DNA of 64,000 nt from Octopus sinensis (lineage: Eukaryota). The notes under the pieces were generated by a model, which saw only the letters and a program-made list of their open reading frames with translations, was not told the origin of the DNA and made no database searches. Position 1 is the stretch's first letter. Every line of letters begins with the position of its first letter. The position numbers were made by a program, and so were the translations under genes. The stretch covers positions 1 through 64,000 of the forward strand of contig NW_021836143.1 in NCBI RefSeq assembly GCF_006345805.1. The letters are read 5' to 3'. This document shows positions 37,068 through 49,980 of this stretch, piece after piece.

Positions 37068-40000
37068 AGGGTTAAGCTCAATCATCATTATTTATATTCC
37101 TCAGTCAGTAGAAAGAAGAAAAAAGAGAAAGAGGAAAGTTTTTTATTTACTATCTTTGACAAAAAACTTGACACATTTCTCAATGATTCATAGAAATTGA
37201 CTGCTTTGTTATTCAAAATGAGTATTTCCTCTCCTCTCTATTACTTTCCTAGTCAAGTCCATTTGACACCTAGTTTTCTATATTGCCTCTTTATAGTTCC
37301 CTGAAAGCACCATATTTTCACTCCTTCATGGCATATTCTCATTTCTTTCTTGGTTATCATTGTCCTCAATTTTGAAGGTCCTTGGAATGTTTCCATACTG
37401 TTTCCAGGGCATCCTTTTCAGGGAAAATAACTTTACTTTCACTTACATTCACAAAATTGACTAAGGTATTGGTTCTAATAATCATCTCCTACTTTTTAGA
37501 GTGTTTACAATTTTTACCATGTTCTAGCCATGTTTATTTCATTTTTTTTATTTCTGTTATTTATTGTTTCACCTGAAGAGGAACGAGTTGAAATTACTTA
37601 AATCTAGAATTCCGATGTTCCTAGCAGCTATTAAGTTTTTGCAACTAAGCTATCTGCTTAGACATTTTATGTATGAATAAGCAAGAAATAATAATTCAGT
37701 GTAAAAAAAGTTTGATGTAGTCCATACAGTTTAGCTGCAAACTTACAATGAAACATATTTCCCCTGGCAACATTAAGGAATTCTGTTGTCAGCAGATTTA
37801 ATTTGGGATAAGAAACCCACTAAAATTTATGCTGTTGTTAGCAAAAATTGAGAAACTTTTCCTGGTCAGTCATTCTTTACAAAGCAAAAAACCAGTATGT
37901 GTTATAAAATTGTGTTAATATGTTCAAATGTGTATCTCACTTTCTAACCAAATAGGTAATCTAATTCTGAAGAGCCATACAGCCAGTTCTTCTCTGTTGC
38001 CTTCAAGATGTAGGGAAAAGTGTCCTCTAAGGCCATGCATAAACATTACAATATTCCTAATGAAATTAACAGATGGTTTTGAATTCCCAGCAGTTAACCA
38101 TATTGATTATTATTGTACAAAAAAATGATGATTGCAATAACAATAAAACAGTTATTAATAATAATAATAAAACCAATAACAATAATGACAATAGGAAATG
38201 AAGGAAATAATAAATATAGCAAGAAGAATGAATGTCTTACATTCTGGTGCCATGGGAAATTCATCACAATTCTAAAAATAATTAGTAACTAAGTCGTGGA
38301 GTTCTTTCATTGTTATTATCAGCTGATGACTAGACACAATGCTCTTTCGAAAAGAAGATAAAAATATGTTTGGACACTGGCATATAAAAGATATAATAGC
38401 CTCTGTTTCTTAAATGGTCTTCGCTCTCTCTAATTCAATATACAACTTGTTTCTTATTACTAACTCTCTTTGATTCTATCTTTCTATTAACAGTTCATAG
38501 CTTTTTTTCTTATTTCTCAAGCCATCAAACCACTTGCCGGTTTCCAAATTCGGTTGTATTTACAAGATGACTTCTACATTTCATCTCTCTCTGATTCTTA
38601 ACGAATTTATGCACATTTTGTCTCTATACCAGCACTTATTAGATTTTTTTCTGAATTTGTAGATAATTTCAGGAGAGATTTAAAGTAAGTGTATTTTTAG
38701 CAATGAATATTTTCCTCGGTAGCAAATGCTTGTTTGTAAAATAGAAAGGTTATACATTTCATGTAAATTGATAAATTCATTTACTCAATAATGTCTCAGA
38801 AAACAATTTTATAATTATTGTGGAATACTGAAAATAGAATACAATTTTGTGAAAAAGGTTAATCAGTTAATAACTCTATTATTGAATATTATAAAGTTGT
38901 CATCACTTTATTTCTGAAGAGTAGATACGTCATAATTAGATACACATTTTGCGATATATTCCTTGAATTATATATCATTTAAAGCAATCATCTTACTTAG
39001 GCATATCAGAGAGTTTTAATTTACCTTGCTCTCTGGATGTATAAGTAAAACATATTGCACATAAAATAGATTCAGTAATATAGAATAGATGTCTAGATAA
39101 GAAAAATGTTTTTTAGCAATTAACATAACTATGGAGATAAGTAATTATTTGTAACAAGTATTTTGTCAGGTAGAATAAAATTTCAATCCCATTTTATAGG
39201 CACAATAATTCTTATATATTTTTCTATCATATTCGCGAGCCAATTGATTAGACTTAGACAAATATAAGCCAAATCTCCCTTAAATAAAAACAGATACATA
39301 TGATAATGTGGTGGGGTGGTATACAATTCCTGAAATGAATATAGAGACAGTCATGTTTTTGAACATAAAGTCTGTTCAAATTGACTGGTTTGGGGCCAAA
39401 AAGCAAAAAACAACTAATACTTTTAATACTTTCTAAATTCAAAAGAATAGTAGACAATAATTTTTCTCTTTATAAAAAATAAATTTACAAAATACATACA
39501 TGAAGAAAATATATAAATACATATATATATATAATGAATAAAATCATGCAAATATATATACCTTTATATTATCAGTAAGTATATTTATAAGCTATTTCTG
39601 TATTTTTACACATTCCATAATAAATCTATATGTATGAATGTATGTGTATTGAATACTTAATCATATGAACATGACATTGCTTCAGGTATGGCTGAAGGCA
39701 TTCATAATGAGAAATATTTATAGCAAACATGAAAGAAAAGTATTCTTATAAAGATAAAATAGAAGAATTGATTTAAGAAATTAATATTTTTCGAAGTTAT
39801 AAAATGATATAATTTAAAAATAGAATATATCGAGCAAATATTGATATTCATATTTGAATATCTCTAAAATATGATAAATTTTTTTTTAAATAATGCTTTT
39901 ATATAATCTTTGACCAGAATTTCTATGCAGTATTTCTTCTGAAAAGTTATTCAAAATATCAAATTTGAAAACTCAACAAGAAATCATAGGATGTGAACCA

Positions 40001-40579
40001 TATCTATCACTTGCATCATGAATTAATATCGAATCCTCTATGTTGTCATTTGACCTGGTAGATATGACAGCCAAATCCGTGTCAACTCCTTGTTATCTTC
40101 GGGCAAAGCAAGACGCAATGCAATGTTTAAAAGAAAGATGGCATGGTCAAAACTGGACTGCTGTGAATATAGGTTTACATTATCAGAATTAACTTGGGAT
40201 TAAGTAACAATAACAGCTATGTGTAACACATCAACATACAAGAGAATAGCAAAAACTTTAAACACTTGTCCAACCCATGCTAGCATGGAAAGCGGACGTT
40301 AAATGATGATGATAATGACAGCAATATATTGAAACTTATCTTCAGTGCTGTTGCTCACCTCACAAATTTACAATAACCTGAAACTATTTTTATTCAGTAT
40401 GTAAGTAATGCATCACAGGTTAACTTTCATCTTAATACTTTAGAAATATGTTTATCCAAGCACTGTACATAATTATGCACACAAAAATATATGTGTATAA
40501 GTGTGCATGAATGTAGGCATCAATGAGCAGCTAATATTACTTTACATTTGCTTTACTGAGAGACACTATGATACACTAT

Positions 40580-41685
40580 GTTATATCATGATTGGTGATT
40601 CCGATGCATGGTTAGTGACCACTGTATTGAAAAAAATGAACAGCATGGCATTGGACTTTTATCTAGGTATGCAGAGTATGGCCATTATAAATACTTACTT
40701 TCACCAGAAGAAGTGACGTAAAACTACATAGATATATCTAAGGTCCAAGCAGTAGCATCCTACTGACTTCAAAATAACCAGACAAATAGATTTCAAATAT
40801 GTGTTACTCACCCGTTTATGAGAACTGAACATTGGAAAGACCATTGTATAACACAAAGGTTAGATTGCATGTGTCCCCTTTCAAACACCCAAAAGACTAA
40901 ATAGCAAGTGGCTCAATTGCAATAAGATTCACTGTTCTGTTAAATATAAGGACTTTGCCACTCCCTCTTCACTTCAGAGGTTGGTATGAATGACAAATAC
41001 TTTTTCTTAAGTTAATGATGTTACTGAAATGATCATACCCAAGATTCAAAAATATGAACTCCAGCTCAATTAGCAGGCTCATGGACAAAATGTACAAGAT
41101 TTACAAGTAACTCTTTACAATTCCCATCACTCACTAAATAGATAAATTCAAAGTAAGGCTTAAAGCACCATGCTCAGCCAAAAACAAAAAAAAAAAATCA
41201 AAAATGGTGAATTGCAAAAGTTCAAGAAATCCAAATATATGGAATGAGTCTAGTATAGACAATATCAAATTATAATAACCCTCTGTAGTGACAGAAATTG
41301 TCCCATGGCATCGGTTAAGTAATTAGGCAATACATCACTGATAGACCAGTCAAGAATATGGATCACTGGGAAGAAGACTTCAACCAGTTCCTAAACCAGT
41401 GAATCTATCAAACATGGAGGAATTTTCTGAAATGTTCAATCCACCAACTTGACAAACTACCAAATTTCACTGAATTTAGTGTCACTATTAAAACATTGGG
41501 AATTTTCCCAACAGACAGTGGATGGAAATTTGAAATCAGGTAATGATGAAGCAAAACACATTAACCATATGCTTGCAAATAATTGTAAAATATACCTAAA
41601 TAATTCAAATATATGGATGACTATACTTAAAATATTTGATATAAAGGGGAGCATAGCAAATGAAAGAAGAACATTGCTATCATAA
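40580..41685 (+). mobile_element. Old RTE-like LINE remnant (APE endonuclease to start of RT)
   Basis: Scattered motifs in colinear order: IMIGDSDAW (GDFN-like), AIINTYFHQKK, QIDF, DHWEEDFNQFLN (RWxEHFxxLLN-like), WMTILKIFDIKGS..RRTLLS (KKG..NYRxIxLL-like). Many stops. Confidence 0.5.
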
Positions 41686-43200
41686 AACAATCAGACATTT
41701 TGAAAATTAGAAAATAATCTATCTTCACCATGTCCATTATTGTTTTAACTGTCAATACTTCAGAAGTACAGGAAAAACTACTAATTGATATTGACGCTGA
41801 TGAGTATTACCATACTGATTTCACTTATTTAGGATTTATAGCTTGCAATTTTGAAGTTTTTAGATTTGTGGCTTTTGCATTTGATGTTTTTGAACTTCAT
41901 ACATCTGTATCTGTGATTATATGTATTATGTTCTGAATGGACCAAATCCATTATAGTTTTAAATGCATATTAATTTCTAGGAATTAAAATTACAAATTTC
42001 ATACTTTAAAACATTAAATACCTTAATCTACAAGGAAGTCGCATTTGGCTGGAGAATTTTTCACTGTTATCATCAAGATGGGGTTAATTCATATAATCTT
42101 GGTTTCAACAAATTAAGACCATTTTGAAGTGTAGAGTTCAGCAAAGTGAATCCTTCTTTCTCAGATGGTGTTTAATACTTTAGGAAGCTTGGAACAAATC
42201 ATTGTACAGAAGTTTCTTATTAGATTCTCTAAGAGTTTAGCTCTAATATCAGACATGCTTGCAGGAGCCATTGTTCTACTTCCCAGCCTGGAAGATGCCC
42301 CGAAGGTTTTAGTCCCTATGTTGATGCTAAAAAAATGGAATTCCTCAGATACAATTTGGAAGGCATGACCACCTCCTGGGCTGAAGCTCAATAAAACCAG
42401 CTAATTCTCTTGTGTACTCCTTAAATAATATGGTATCTGCAAAGGCAGATATTAAGTTAAGTATCACCAAATCTTGGGCAGTACTTAAAAGTCTCAACAT
42501 TATATGGTAATATGGAAGAAATTTAGCCCATGAAATTGGTGATAAGAATTTTATTAAACAAAATTATAGCTAAAAATTAAGTTTTTGTGTAGTTTCACAC
42601 ATCACCTATATCCTATTAATTTGCGAAGGCACTTTTACACTCTTCTCAGATATCTATATAGTTAGACTATGATGTTATTCTTATTGCTGGTTGGAACCAC
42701 TTCAATGTGCCAAGAAATGACAATTTTGTCAGAACATTCCATTTTTCTTTCCAACAGATACGTGACTTTATTTCTATGTTGAAAGAAAGAAACAATTTCT
42801 TTCCTTAGTCCTGGTGGATCCATTAACAACATGTAGCTAGCTGTTATTTCATTGTGTGAAAAAGGTGAGGGATAAATTTTATCTTGGAGAGAATGACATG
42901 TATCTCAAGAAATATTTCCACTTGATCTGGTAACTGTTACCGATAGTAACATGTACAGATAACTCAGATAAATAAGATAAAGTGTCTTGCTCAGAAATAC
43001 AGAACACCTATAATCAATTTGATCCTGCTCACTAATATTAGATAATTTAATGCCTTGTATACTAATATCTTTTTTTTTTTTTTTCTGTATGAGAAATTAG
43101 TATTTAATTTAGCATGAAATGAGATAACTAATGGAATCCTTGCAAGTACAATGGATTCGAGGAACCATTCTACTGAAGTTAGACTATATTTCACTATTTA

Positions 43201-43860
43201 CCCTTTTGATACCAACCCAACCAGCCCAAAAAATATTTTGGCTCAAACAACCAACCCAGCCTAGTGAACCAATTCTTATTTAAATGGGCACAAATCTCTT
43301 TAGTACATTTGGGAAAACATGTAATTTAACCTTGTAAATAGTTGAGTTATAGTATCTGACATTGTTTGATTTGATATCGAAACTCTGTGAATTTTAGGAG
43401 ATATTTTTCCACATTTTTTCTGTGGCAATTGTTTTCAACTTTTAAAATGGATAGGAGTTTCAGGCTATCAAGCAGTGATTCTGAATTTGAGGGCTTTTCA
43501 ATGGAAGATATGGAGAAACTGGGCAAAAGTATGAGTGAACTAGAAAAGCACATGGTGTGTGAAAATGAATTGGATATTTCTGTATCCGAAACTGAAAGTG
43601 GCGATAGTGATAGTGAGGAAGATTTTACATCTGAATGGGGTAAGAAGTTAAAACATATTTTTATCAATAATTTTTCTGATGAGACTGGATCTACTCATAG
43701 TCTTTCTCAGGAAGAGAAACCATTAGACTTTTTCTTATTTTTACTTGTAAGCTTGTTTGAAGCCATCACTGAGGTAACGAACCATCATGCAGAATGTAAA
43801 CAAATTGGAAAAAAAGTTTTGCAATAGGATTGATTGAGAACCTTTTCTCAAATTGTGTTC
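43201..43860 (+). mobile_element. piggyBac element 5' portion
   Basis: Left end TTTA|CCCTTTTGATACCAACCC is near-identical to the start of the 5406 MITE and is followed by a transposase-like ORF. Confidence 0.75.
43447..43827 (+). pseudogene. Truncated piggyBac (PGBD-like) transposase N-terminus
   Basis: Acidic leader SSSDSEFEGF...GDSDSEEDFTSEW, then PLDFFLFLLVSLFEAITEVTNHHA, matching the piggyBac PxDFFxLF...IxxxTNxYA motif. No catalytic DDD region. Confidence 0.75.
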
Positions 43861-43883
43861 CAAAAATCACATTAATATGTTGA

Positions 43884-44100
43884 TTTCGTTACTGTATTTA
43901 TTTTGAGATGCTCTGTGTTTCTTTCAATTATTTTGAATATAACAAAGAATTTAGTAAAATAACTTAGTTATCATTAAGCTAGTGTTAGGAACGTAAATTG
44001 TGACTAAGGCTTGGTGGAATATTTTAATTCAAAACTTCTGAAAACAAGACATTTTACCACGGACCCAGAGCCGGTTTTGGCCGGGTTAGTAACAAAAGGG
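43884..44100 (-). mobile_element. piggyBac-type MITE of the 5406/5630 family
   Basis: Aligns along its length with 5630-5849. Ends AACAAAAGGG|TTAA at 44100/44101. Left CCC terminus missing. Confidence 0.85.
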
Positions 44101-44104
44101 TTAA

Positions 44105-44192
44105 TGAAACTGGTCTAAATTCATGATTATTTTAGAATTTAATTGAAACTCATAAGGGGTGTATTTTGGTTAGAAATATAATAATGAAAGGG
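44105..44192 (+). mobile_element. piggyBac-type right-end fragment
   Basis: AGAAATATAATAATGAAAGGG|TTAA resembles the right end of 5406-5625. Confidence 0.6.
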
Positions 44193-45246
44193 TTAAGTTG
44201 ATTGGCCAATAATACCATCATGTTCACAATATGGGATATTTAGTTCCATACAGAAATAATTAATGCATTAAATATAACAGCAAAGATATTGGGAATTGGT
44301 AGTTGAAAAATATAATTCATGGCACTTAAGTCATTGTCACAAATTTATTGTATGTACTATACTATAAATCTAAGGCAAAAACACATTGTCTTCATCTATC
44401 AAATGGAACTGTAGGGTATTCGAAGTTATATTTGTTTGGTTAATCCCAAATTAATCAGATCTTATTTCAACAAAAATATGCTACAGAGACAAAAGTAACT
44501 GAAAAGCTATGAAAACTAAACAAATTCCTATTTAGAATTTGTCATTCTCCTAAATAACTTCATATTTAACTATCATCTAGATAAAACCAAAAATTGTCAT
44601 ATATTTTGTGATGGTCATATGGTGGTAGTTGGGGAATATTCTAATGTATATAAAAAAAAAAAATCATAGATGAAACAGATATTATATGGTATTAGCACTG
44701 ATGTTTATAACAGTGATAGAATAGTTGAAACCTAACATTTCATGTCTACAATCCTTACAAAGTTTTAATATAAGGAACCAAAAACTCACTTAATAGTCAC
44801 CAGAATTCAGCTTTTAACATTTAGTGTATTATTCTTTCATTGAAACGACTATGCATCAATCAGATAGTTCAGACCAATAGAAAATAGTTTAAGAAAACTA
44901 TCCTAAAAGGTGAAGCAACAAATTTTGCAATGACAATGTGGTTGGTATATAACATTTCACAAAAATCTATCTCTCTAGTTGTCATTTCAAACAAAGATAA
45001 GTAAATACAAATTGCTTTAAAGAACCTACTATGTCAGATATTTTCAGGAAATTTGATATTTATTTTCTGATCTATTCCTTAACAGTTTTATAGTGCTTCA
45101 CTGTGAGCAAGATGAAATGATATTATACTAAGGATGCAAAGACTAAACCAACAATGCACCTATTGTTATTTTGACGACTATAAATTCTAAATATTTAAGC
45201 TAAAAATATAATAAAAAGCAACATATAATAATAACAATAATAATAA

Positions 45247-46790
45247 AAATGGCAAAAGAGAGAAATGAAGAAAATGGATACCAAGACCAGAAAAATGGTG
45301 ACGGTACATAGAGCCTTCTATTCCAAGAGTGACACTGATAGGGTGAACTTGTCCAGAAGAAAGGGTGGGAGAGTTTTGATCAGTTGCCAAGACTGTATAG
45401 AAAAAGAGGAAAACAGCCTATGGTGGTATATAAAAAATGCCATGAAGCCACTGTTGAAACACACAAATAAGGCTGGCATCATAAAAACTGAAAATTGGGT
45501 AACTAAAGAAAAATTTAAACAAGAAATGAACAAGTAGGCGCAGGAGTGGCTGTGTGGTAAGTAGCTTGCTAACCAACCACATGGTTCTGGGTTCAGTCCC
45601 ACTGCGTGGCATCCTGGGCAAGTGTCTTCTGCTATAGCCCCGGGCTGACCAATGCCTTGTGAGTAAATCTGGTAGACGGAAACTGAAAGAAGCCTGTCGT
45701 ATATATGTATGCATGTGTATGTGTGTGTGTTTGTGTTTGTCCCTCTAGCATTGCTTGACAACCGATGCTGGTGAGTTTACGTCCCCGTCACTTAGCAGTT
45801 CGGCAAAAGAGACCGATAGAATAAGTACTGGGCTTACAAAGAATAAGTCCCTGGGTCGATTTGCTCGACTAAAGGTGGTGCTCCAGCATGGCCGCAGTCA
45901 AATGACTGAAACAAGTAAAAGAGTAAAGAGTAAATAAAGGAAAAACATGGAAGGAAAGAAAATGTACAGTCAGTTTGCAAGAGATGTGAATGCCAAGACA
46001 TACAGAGGATGGTGGCTATGGATGAGGAGGAGTGACCTGAAGATAGAGAAAAAAGCACTTATATGCACAGCTCAGGAACAAGCATTAAGGACCAATTATA
46101 TGAAGTGCAGAATAGACAACACTGCCGATAGCGACAAATGCAGAATGTGTGGTGAGAGGGATGAAATCGTATGGCACATTGTTAGCGAATGCCCGAAATT
46201 GGCACAACACGAATACAAAAGACGCCATAACAATGTGGCAAGAATGATCTATTGGGAGCTCTGTGGAAATCACAGCCTACAAAAAGCAAAGCCGTGGTAT
46301 GAGAAAACTCCAGAAGGAGTCACCGAAAATGAGAATTGCAAAATCCTGTAGGATGCAATGATCCAGTGTGATCACCTGACCAGACATTGGAAACTGGACA
46401 TTGTTGTGGTGGATAAAAAGAAAAGAACATGTATGATAATTGACATAGCATACCTCAGTGACAACAGGATTAATGTGAAGGAAGAAGAAAAAATAAACTA
46501 TGACGATTTGAAGTGGGAAATACAAAGGTTGTGGTAAATGAAGAGAGTAGACATGATACCAATAGTAATTGGTGCACTTGGAAGTATCAGCATTCAACTG
46601 CCAACATGGCTGAGAAAGATCAGGGCAAGTGTGAAGGTAGAGCACCTCAAAAATCAGCATTGCTTGGAACTACAAGATTTCTTCACAGGGTTCTTGAAGC
46701 ATGACGAGAAAACAAGTGTCACCTTAGTCTACTGACTGTGGACAGCTGATATTTTCCATATACCCAGCAAAATAGGCTGCAAGTTTTCAT
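45247..46790 (+). mobile_element. 5'-truncated R4-clade-like (R4/Dong/Rex6-type, REL endonuclease) non-LTR retrotransposon, split by a SINE at 45537-45932
   Basis: MDTKTRKMVTVHRA..SDTDRVNLSRRKGGR, AQEQALRTN, CCHC knuckle CRMCGERDEIVWHIVSEC, YKRRHNNVA, IIDIA..KEEEK..YDDL, IPIVIGALG, QKSALLGT. A few stops and frameshifts. Confidence 0.85.
45537..45932 (+). mobile_element. Family-K SINE nested in the R4-like LINE
   Basis: Full-length body. LINE protein homology resumes on the far side (QEMNK | NKGKTWKERKMYSQF). Confidence 0.92.
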
Positions 46791-47030
46791 AAAATAATAA
46801 TGATAAATCATGAACAATATCAGGGTTGGACACTTAAAGAAAATAACACTCCTTGGAACAATTAGAATATCTAGAAGAGTGCTTGACAATTGAAGGTGGC
46901 ACCTCGTTCGATCCACGGGTTTTGGACAGCTGGCACTCATATTCCACCACCAGCCACAAATGCTGCGTGACAAGTGAGATGATAATAATGACTGTTTCAA
47001 ATATAGGCACAAAGTCTTAATTTGAGATAA

Positions 47031-47180
47031 GACCCCCCAGTAGCTGACTGGTATTTTATTTTATCAAACCAAAAGATTGAAAGGCAAAATTGACTCCTGT
47101 TGGATTTGAATTCAAAGTGAAAAGAGTCAGAACAAATAATACAAGATATTTTGTTCAATACTCAAATAATTCAGCCAATA
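47031..47180 (-). mobile_element. Family-M SINE, old fragment
   Basis: AAAAGATTGAAAGGCAAAATTGACTC...GGATTTGAATTC. Confidence 0.55.
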
Positions 47181-47215
47181 CACTGTAATAACAGCGACAA
47201 CAACAACAATAATTA

Positions 47216-47412
47216 TCCTTTTTGCCATAAACACAAGGCCTGAAATGTTGGGGGAGGGGGCTGGTCGATTACACTGACCCCAGTACTCAACTTGTACTTA
47301 TTTCATTACCCCAAAAGGATGGAAGGCAAAGCCTGCTGCAGTGGGATTTGAACTCTGAATGTAAACCCAGAATAAATGCATTTAGTCTTGTGCGCTAACA
47401 GCTGCCAGCTTA
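47216..47412 (-). mobile_element. Family-M SINE, degenerate
   Basis: GGTCGATTACACTGACCCCAGTACTC...AAAGGATGGAAGGCAAAG...GATTTGAACTC...GCTGCCAGCT. Confidence 0.7.
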
Positions 47413-47419
47413 CTAGTAA

Positions 47420-47945
47420 AGACTGAATACATCCAAAGGTATAAAAAGGCTAGGAAATATGAAGAGGTTGTAAAATCAGAACAACTGAGAAGTTGTATGA
47501 ACAATGATGTAACCATCCTTTGTGGTATGCAGATCCACAGTGACAGAGATGAAAGCAAACAAGGCCTGACATCATTATGAATGACCAGAGCAGGAGGGGT
47601 ATACTTATCGACACTGCAATACCTCCTGAAACAAAAAAATCATTTCAAGGCAAGTTACAGAGAAGCTGACTAAGTACAAGGATCTGGCAATCCAAATCAA
47701 CAGGATGTGGAACTTGATGACTGAAACAATACCAGTGATCATTGGAACACTAAGACCCACGAAGAAAAGAATGGAAAAGTTTACCAACCATACTCAGGTC
47801 AACATCAATATCAGTACAGTTCAGAAGATTGTACTGCTTGGAACAGCTTACAAACTCAGCGAATGCTATAGAGAAATCAGGTGATACTTGAGGCCTATAG
47901 TTTAGGCTTGGCCCAACAGGATATAAAACAGAAAGTACAAAAGTA
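47420..47945 (+). mobile_element. Second R4-like LINE 3' fragment
   Basis: NNDVTILCGMQIHSDR, RPDIIM, LIDTAIP, KLTKYKDLAIQINRMW, TIPVIIGTL, QKIVLLGTA, across frameshifts. Confidence 0.75.
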
Positions 47946-48199
47946 ATGACAACAGAATGTTTCTAATTTAGGCATAAGGTTAGCAATTTGGAAGAGAGTG
48001 TGTTAGTTGGTGCCACTGATTCCGATGTGCATTTTCAATTTTGAATTTTTATTTATATTTTGTTTTGTTTTGTTTTGTGTTACACTCTCTTTATTGATTT
48101 GTATTATATGCCTCTTGTATGAATAAAATACTCTATCGGGTCTAGTCAGAAAACTAGACCAGATAGAGGAATACTGAAGTTATTTCTGAATTTAGCAAG

Positions 48200-48520
48200 C
48201 AAAATCACTTAAGAATTTGTTGAAATAGTCCAGGTACCAGACACAAAAAAAGCTCCTTCTCTAAAGGAAATGGAAAAATAATCTGGAATCAGAGATAAAC
48301 AAAGTATAGGTACTAAAAATAAAACCAACCCTTTAGTAATAGATGCTTTAAGAATGATTAAAATATGTAGGTAAATACACAATCAAAATTGTGCACAACA
48401 AAAGGAAAATAGCAAACACTAGGCACTGAACAGATGTAGATCACTTTCAATAAAACAGCAAAGCTAAAACAAAAATTGCACATACCAAAGGCACACAAAG
48501 GCTGAACTAAGACTACTGAA
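48200..48520 (+). mobile_element. Third, highly decayed R4-like 3' fragment
   Basis: EIVQVPD..KEMEK and TNPLVIDALRMIK (IPxVIGALGMIK-like). Followed by (TAA)n at ~48521-48568. Confidence 0.5.
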
Positions 48521-49980
48521 TAATAACATCATTAATAATAATAATAATGATAATAATAATAATAATATTCAATAATTGTTCTTCCTCTATGACAAATTAT
48601 TTGGTTGGAAAAATATGAGATGTATCAATATGTTCTAATGGGATGTCAAAATTTTACCAAAGTTTTTGACAGAAATGATCTGTAAATAGAGTTTCAGCTG
48701 AACAACTTCATGTAATGCTTTGACAGTAATAAATATTACATCTTAGGCATTTTTCTTTAAATTTATGGCAATTTTTCCCTCTTTTTCTTTGCCTTCACAT
48801 GAAATTCCAAATGAAGAGAGAAAATGGAAACAAAAAAACAAAACTGGCTAAAGTTATATCTTCACCAAAATTTATATATTTTGAGATATAAAAGTTACAA
48901 AACAACCCCCCCCCCAAAAAAAAAATGAAAAGGATAGTCAAATAAGTAACCAACAAATAGTCTTGCCTATACTTAGAATTTTTAAGCCATGATATGCTTT
49001 TTCTTTGTTTACTAATGTAATATTTAGGAAGAAAGCACCATAAAATTAAATAAATAGGTTAGTATACAACAGAAAAAAAGACAGAAAAATACTACCACTT
49101 TGACAAATTATGGTTATTTCAATTTATATAAATTTCGTGGAAAATCTTGCCACCAGTTTAAAATAAATTGTTCGTAAATTCGTATTCTCAGTTCTTTCCA
49201 CTCATACTTTTTATCTCATTACATCCATTGTTTTATTATTAGTATTATTATTAAGATTTTAGTCAAGGTACTCAAAAAAGATATTGGTGCATTTCATTGT
49301 TTATGCACTTGTATGTGTTTAGACTTGCACGACAGTAGGTAGGTATTTCTAAGAAAACCTCCACCTTGTGCAATAAATTGCAGAGAAAGTGGGTTATAAA
49401 GCCATATTCAGTGAGGTTTTGATCAACTGGAACCAATATAAGTTTCTTTATTGGCCACACAGGGCTGCACACAGATGGGACAAATTACAAGGTAGAGCTT
49501 TTCTTTTGGGGGATGAAAAAAAAAAAAAAAGTGGCATAGGTTTTCAATCAAAAGGGATCGTAAAAGGGAAAAAAGAAAAAAAAGGAAAAGAAACAAAAGA
49601 AAGAAAAAAGAAAAAAGAAAAAAGAGGAAAAAAGGGGGAGAGGAAAAAAGAAACGATCAATAGGGATCGTGTATCACAGTGTCATGATGTACGGTGTAAA
49701 GGTGGAAGCAGATAAGCCTTTGAAAGTGAAGTGGGCTTGCAGCTCAAGCACCTGGACTGACAATTCTGTGCTTTCCAGCATCATGTGTTAATGAAATGAA
49801 AGTACTGTTAAGATGCTTGGGGGTTGCTTTGGGTCAGCAACTCAGAAGGATAGGAAATTGGACAAATTTATTATGGGTAAGGTGACAAATGTCATCAACA
49901 TGTAAGCTGAGGGAAAACTGTTCTGAGGGGGTTAAGTAGAGGTGTAAAATACTTACATTGCCACTATGATTTATTACCTA

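Noticed and set aside
42296-42394. C-type-lectin-like peptide CPEGFSPY...TSWAEAQ*
   Set aside because: Lacks the conserved CY after the first motif, stops immediately, and has no splice donor. Likely chance.
49389-49715. Lys-rich 108-aa ORF
   Set aside because: Product of an A/G homopurine low-complexity tract.
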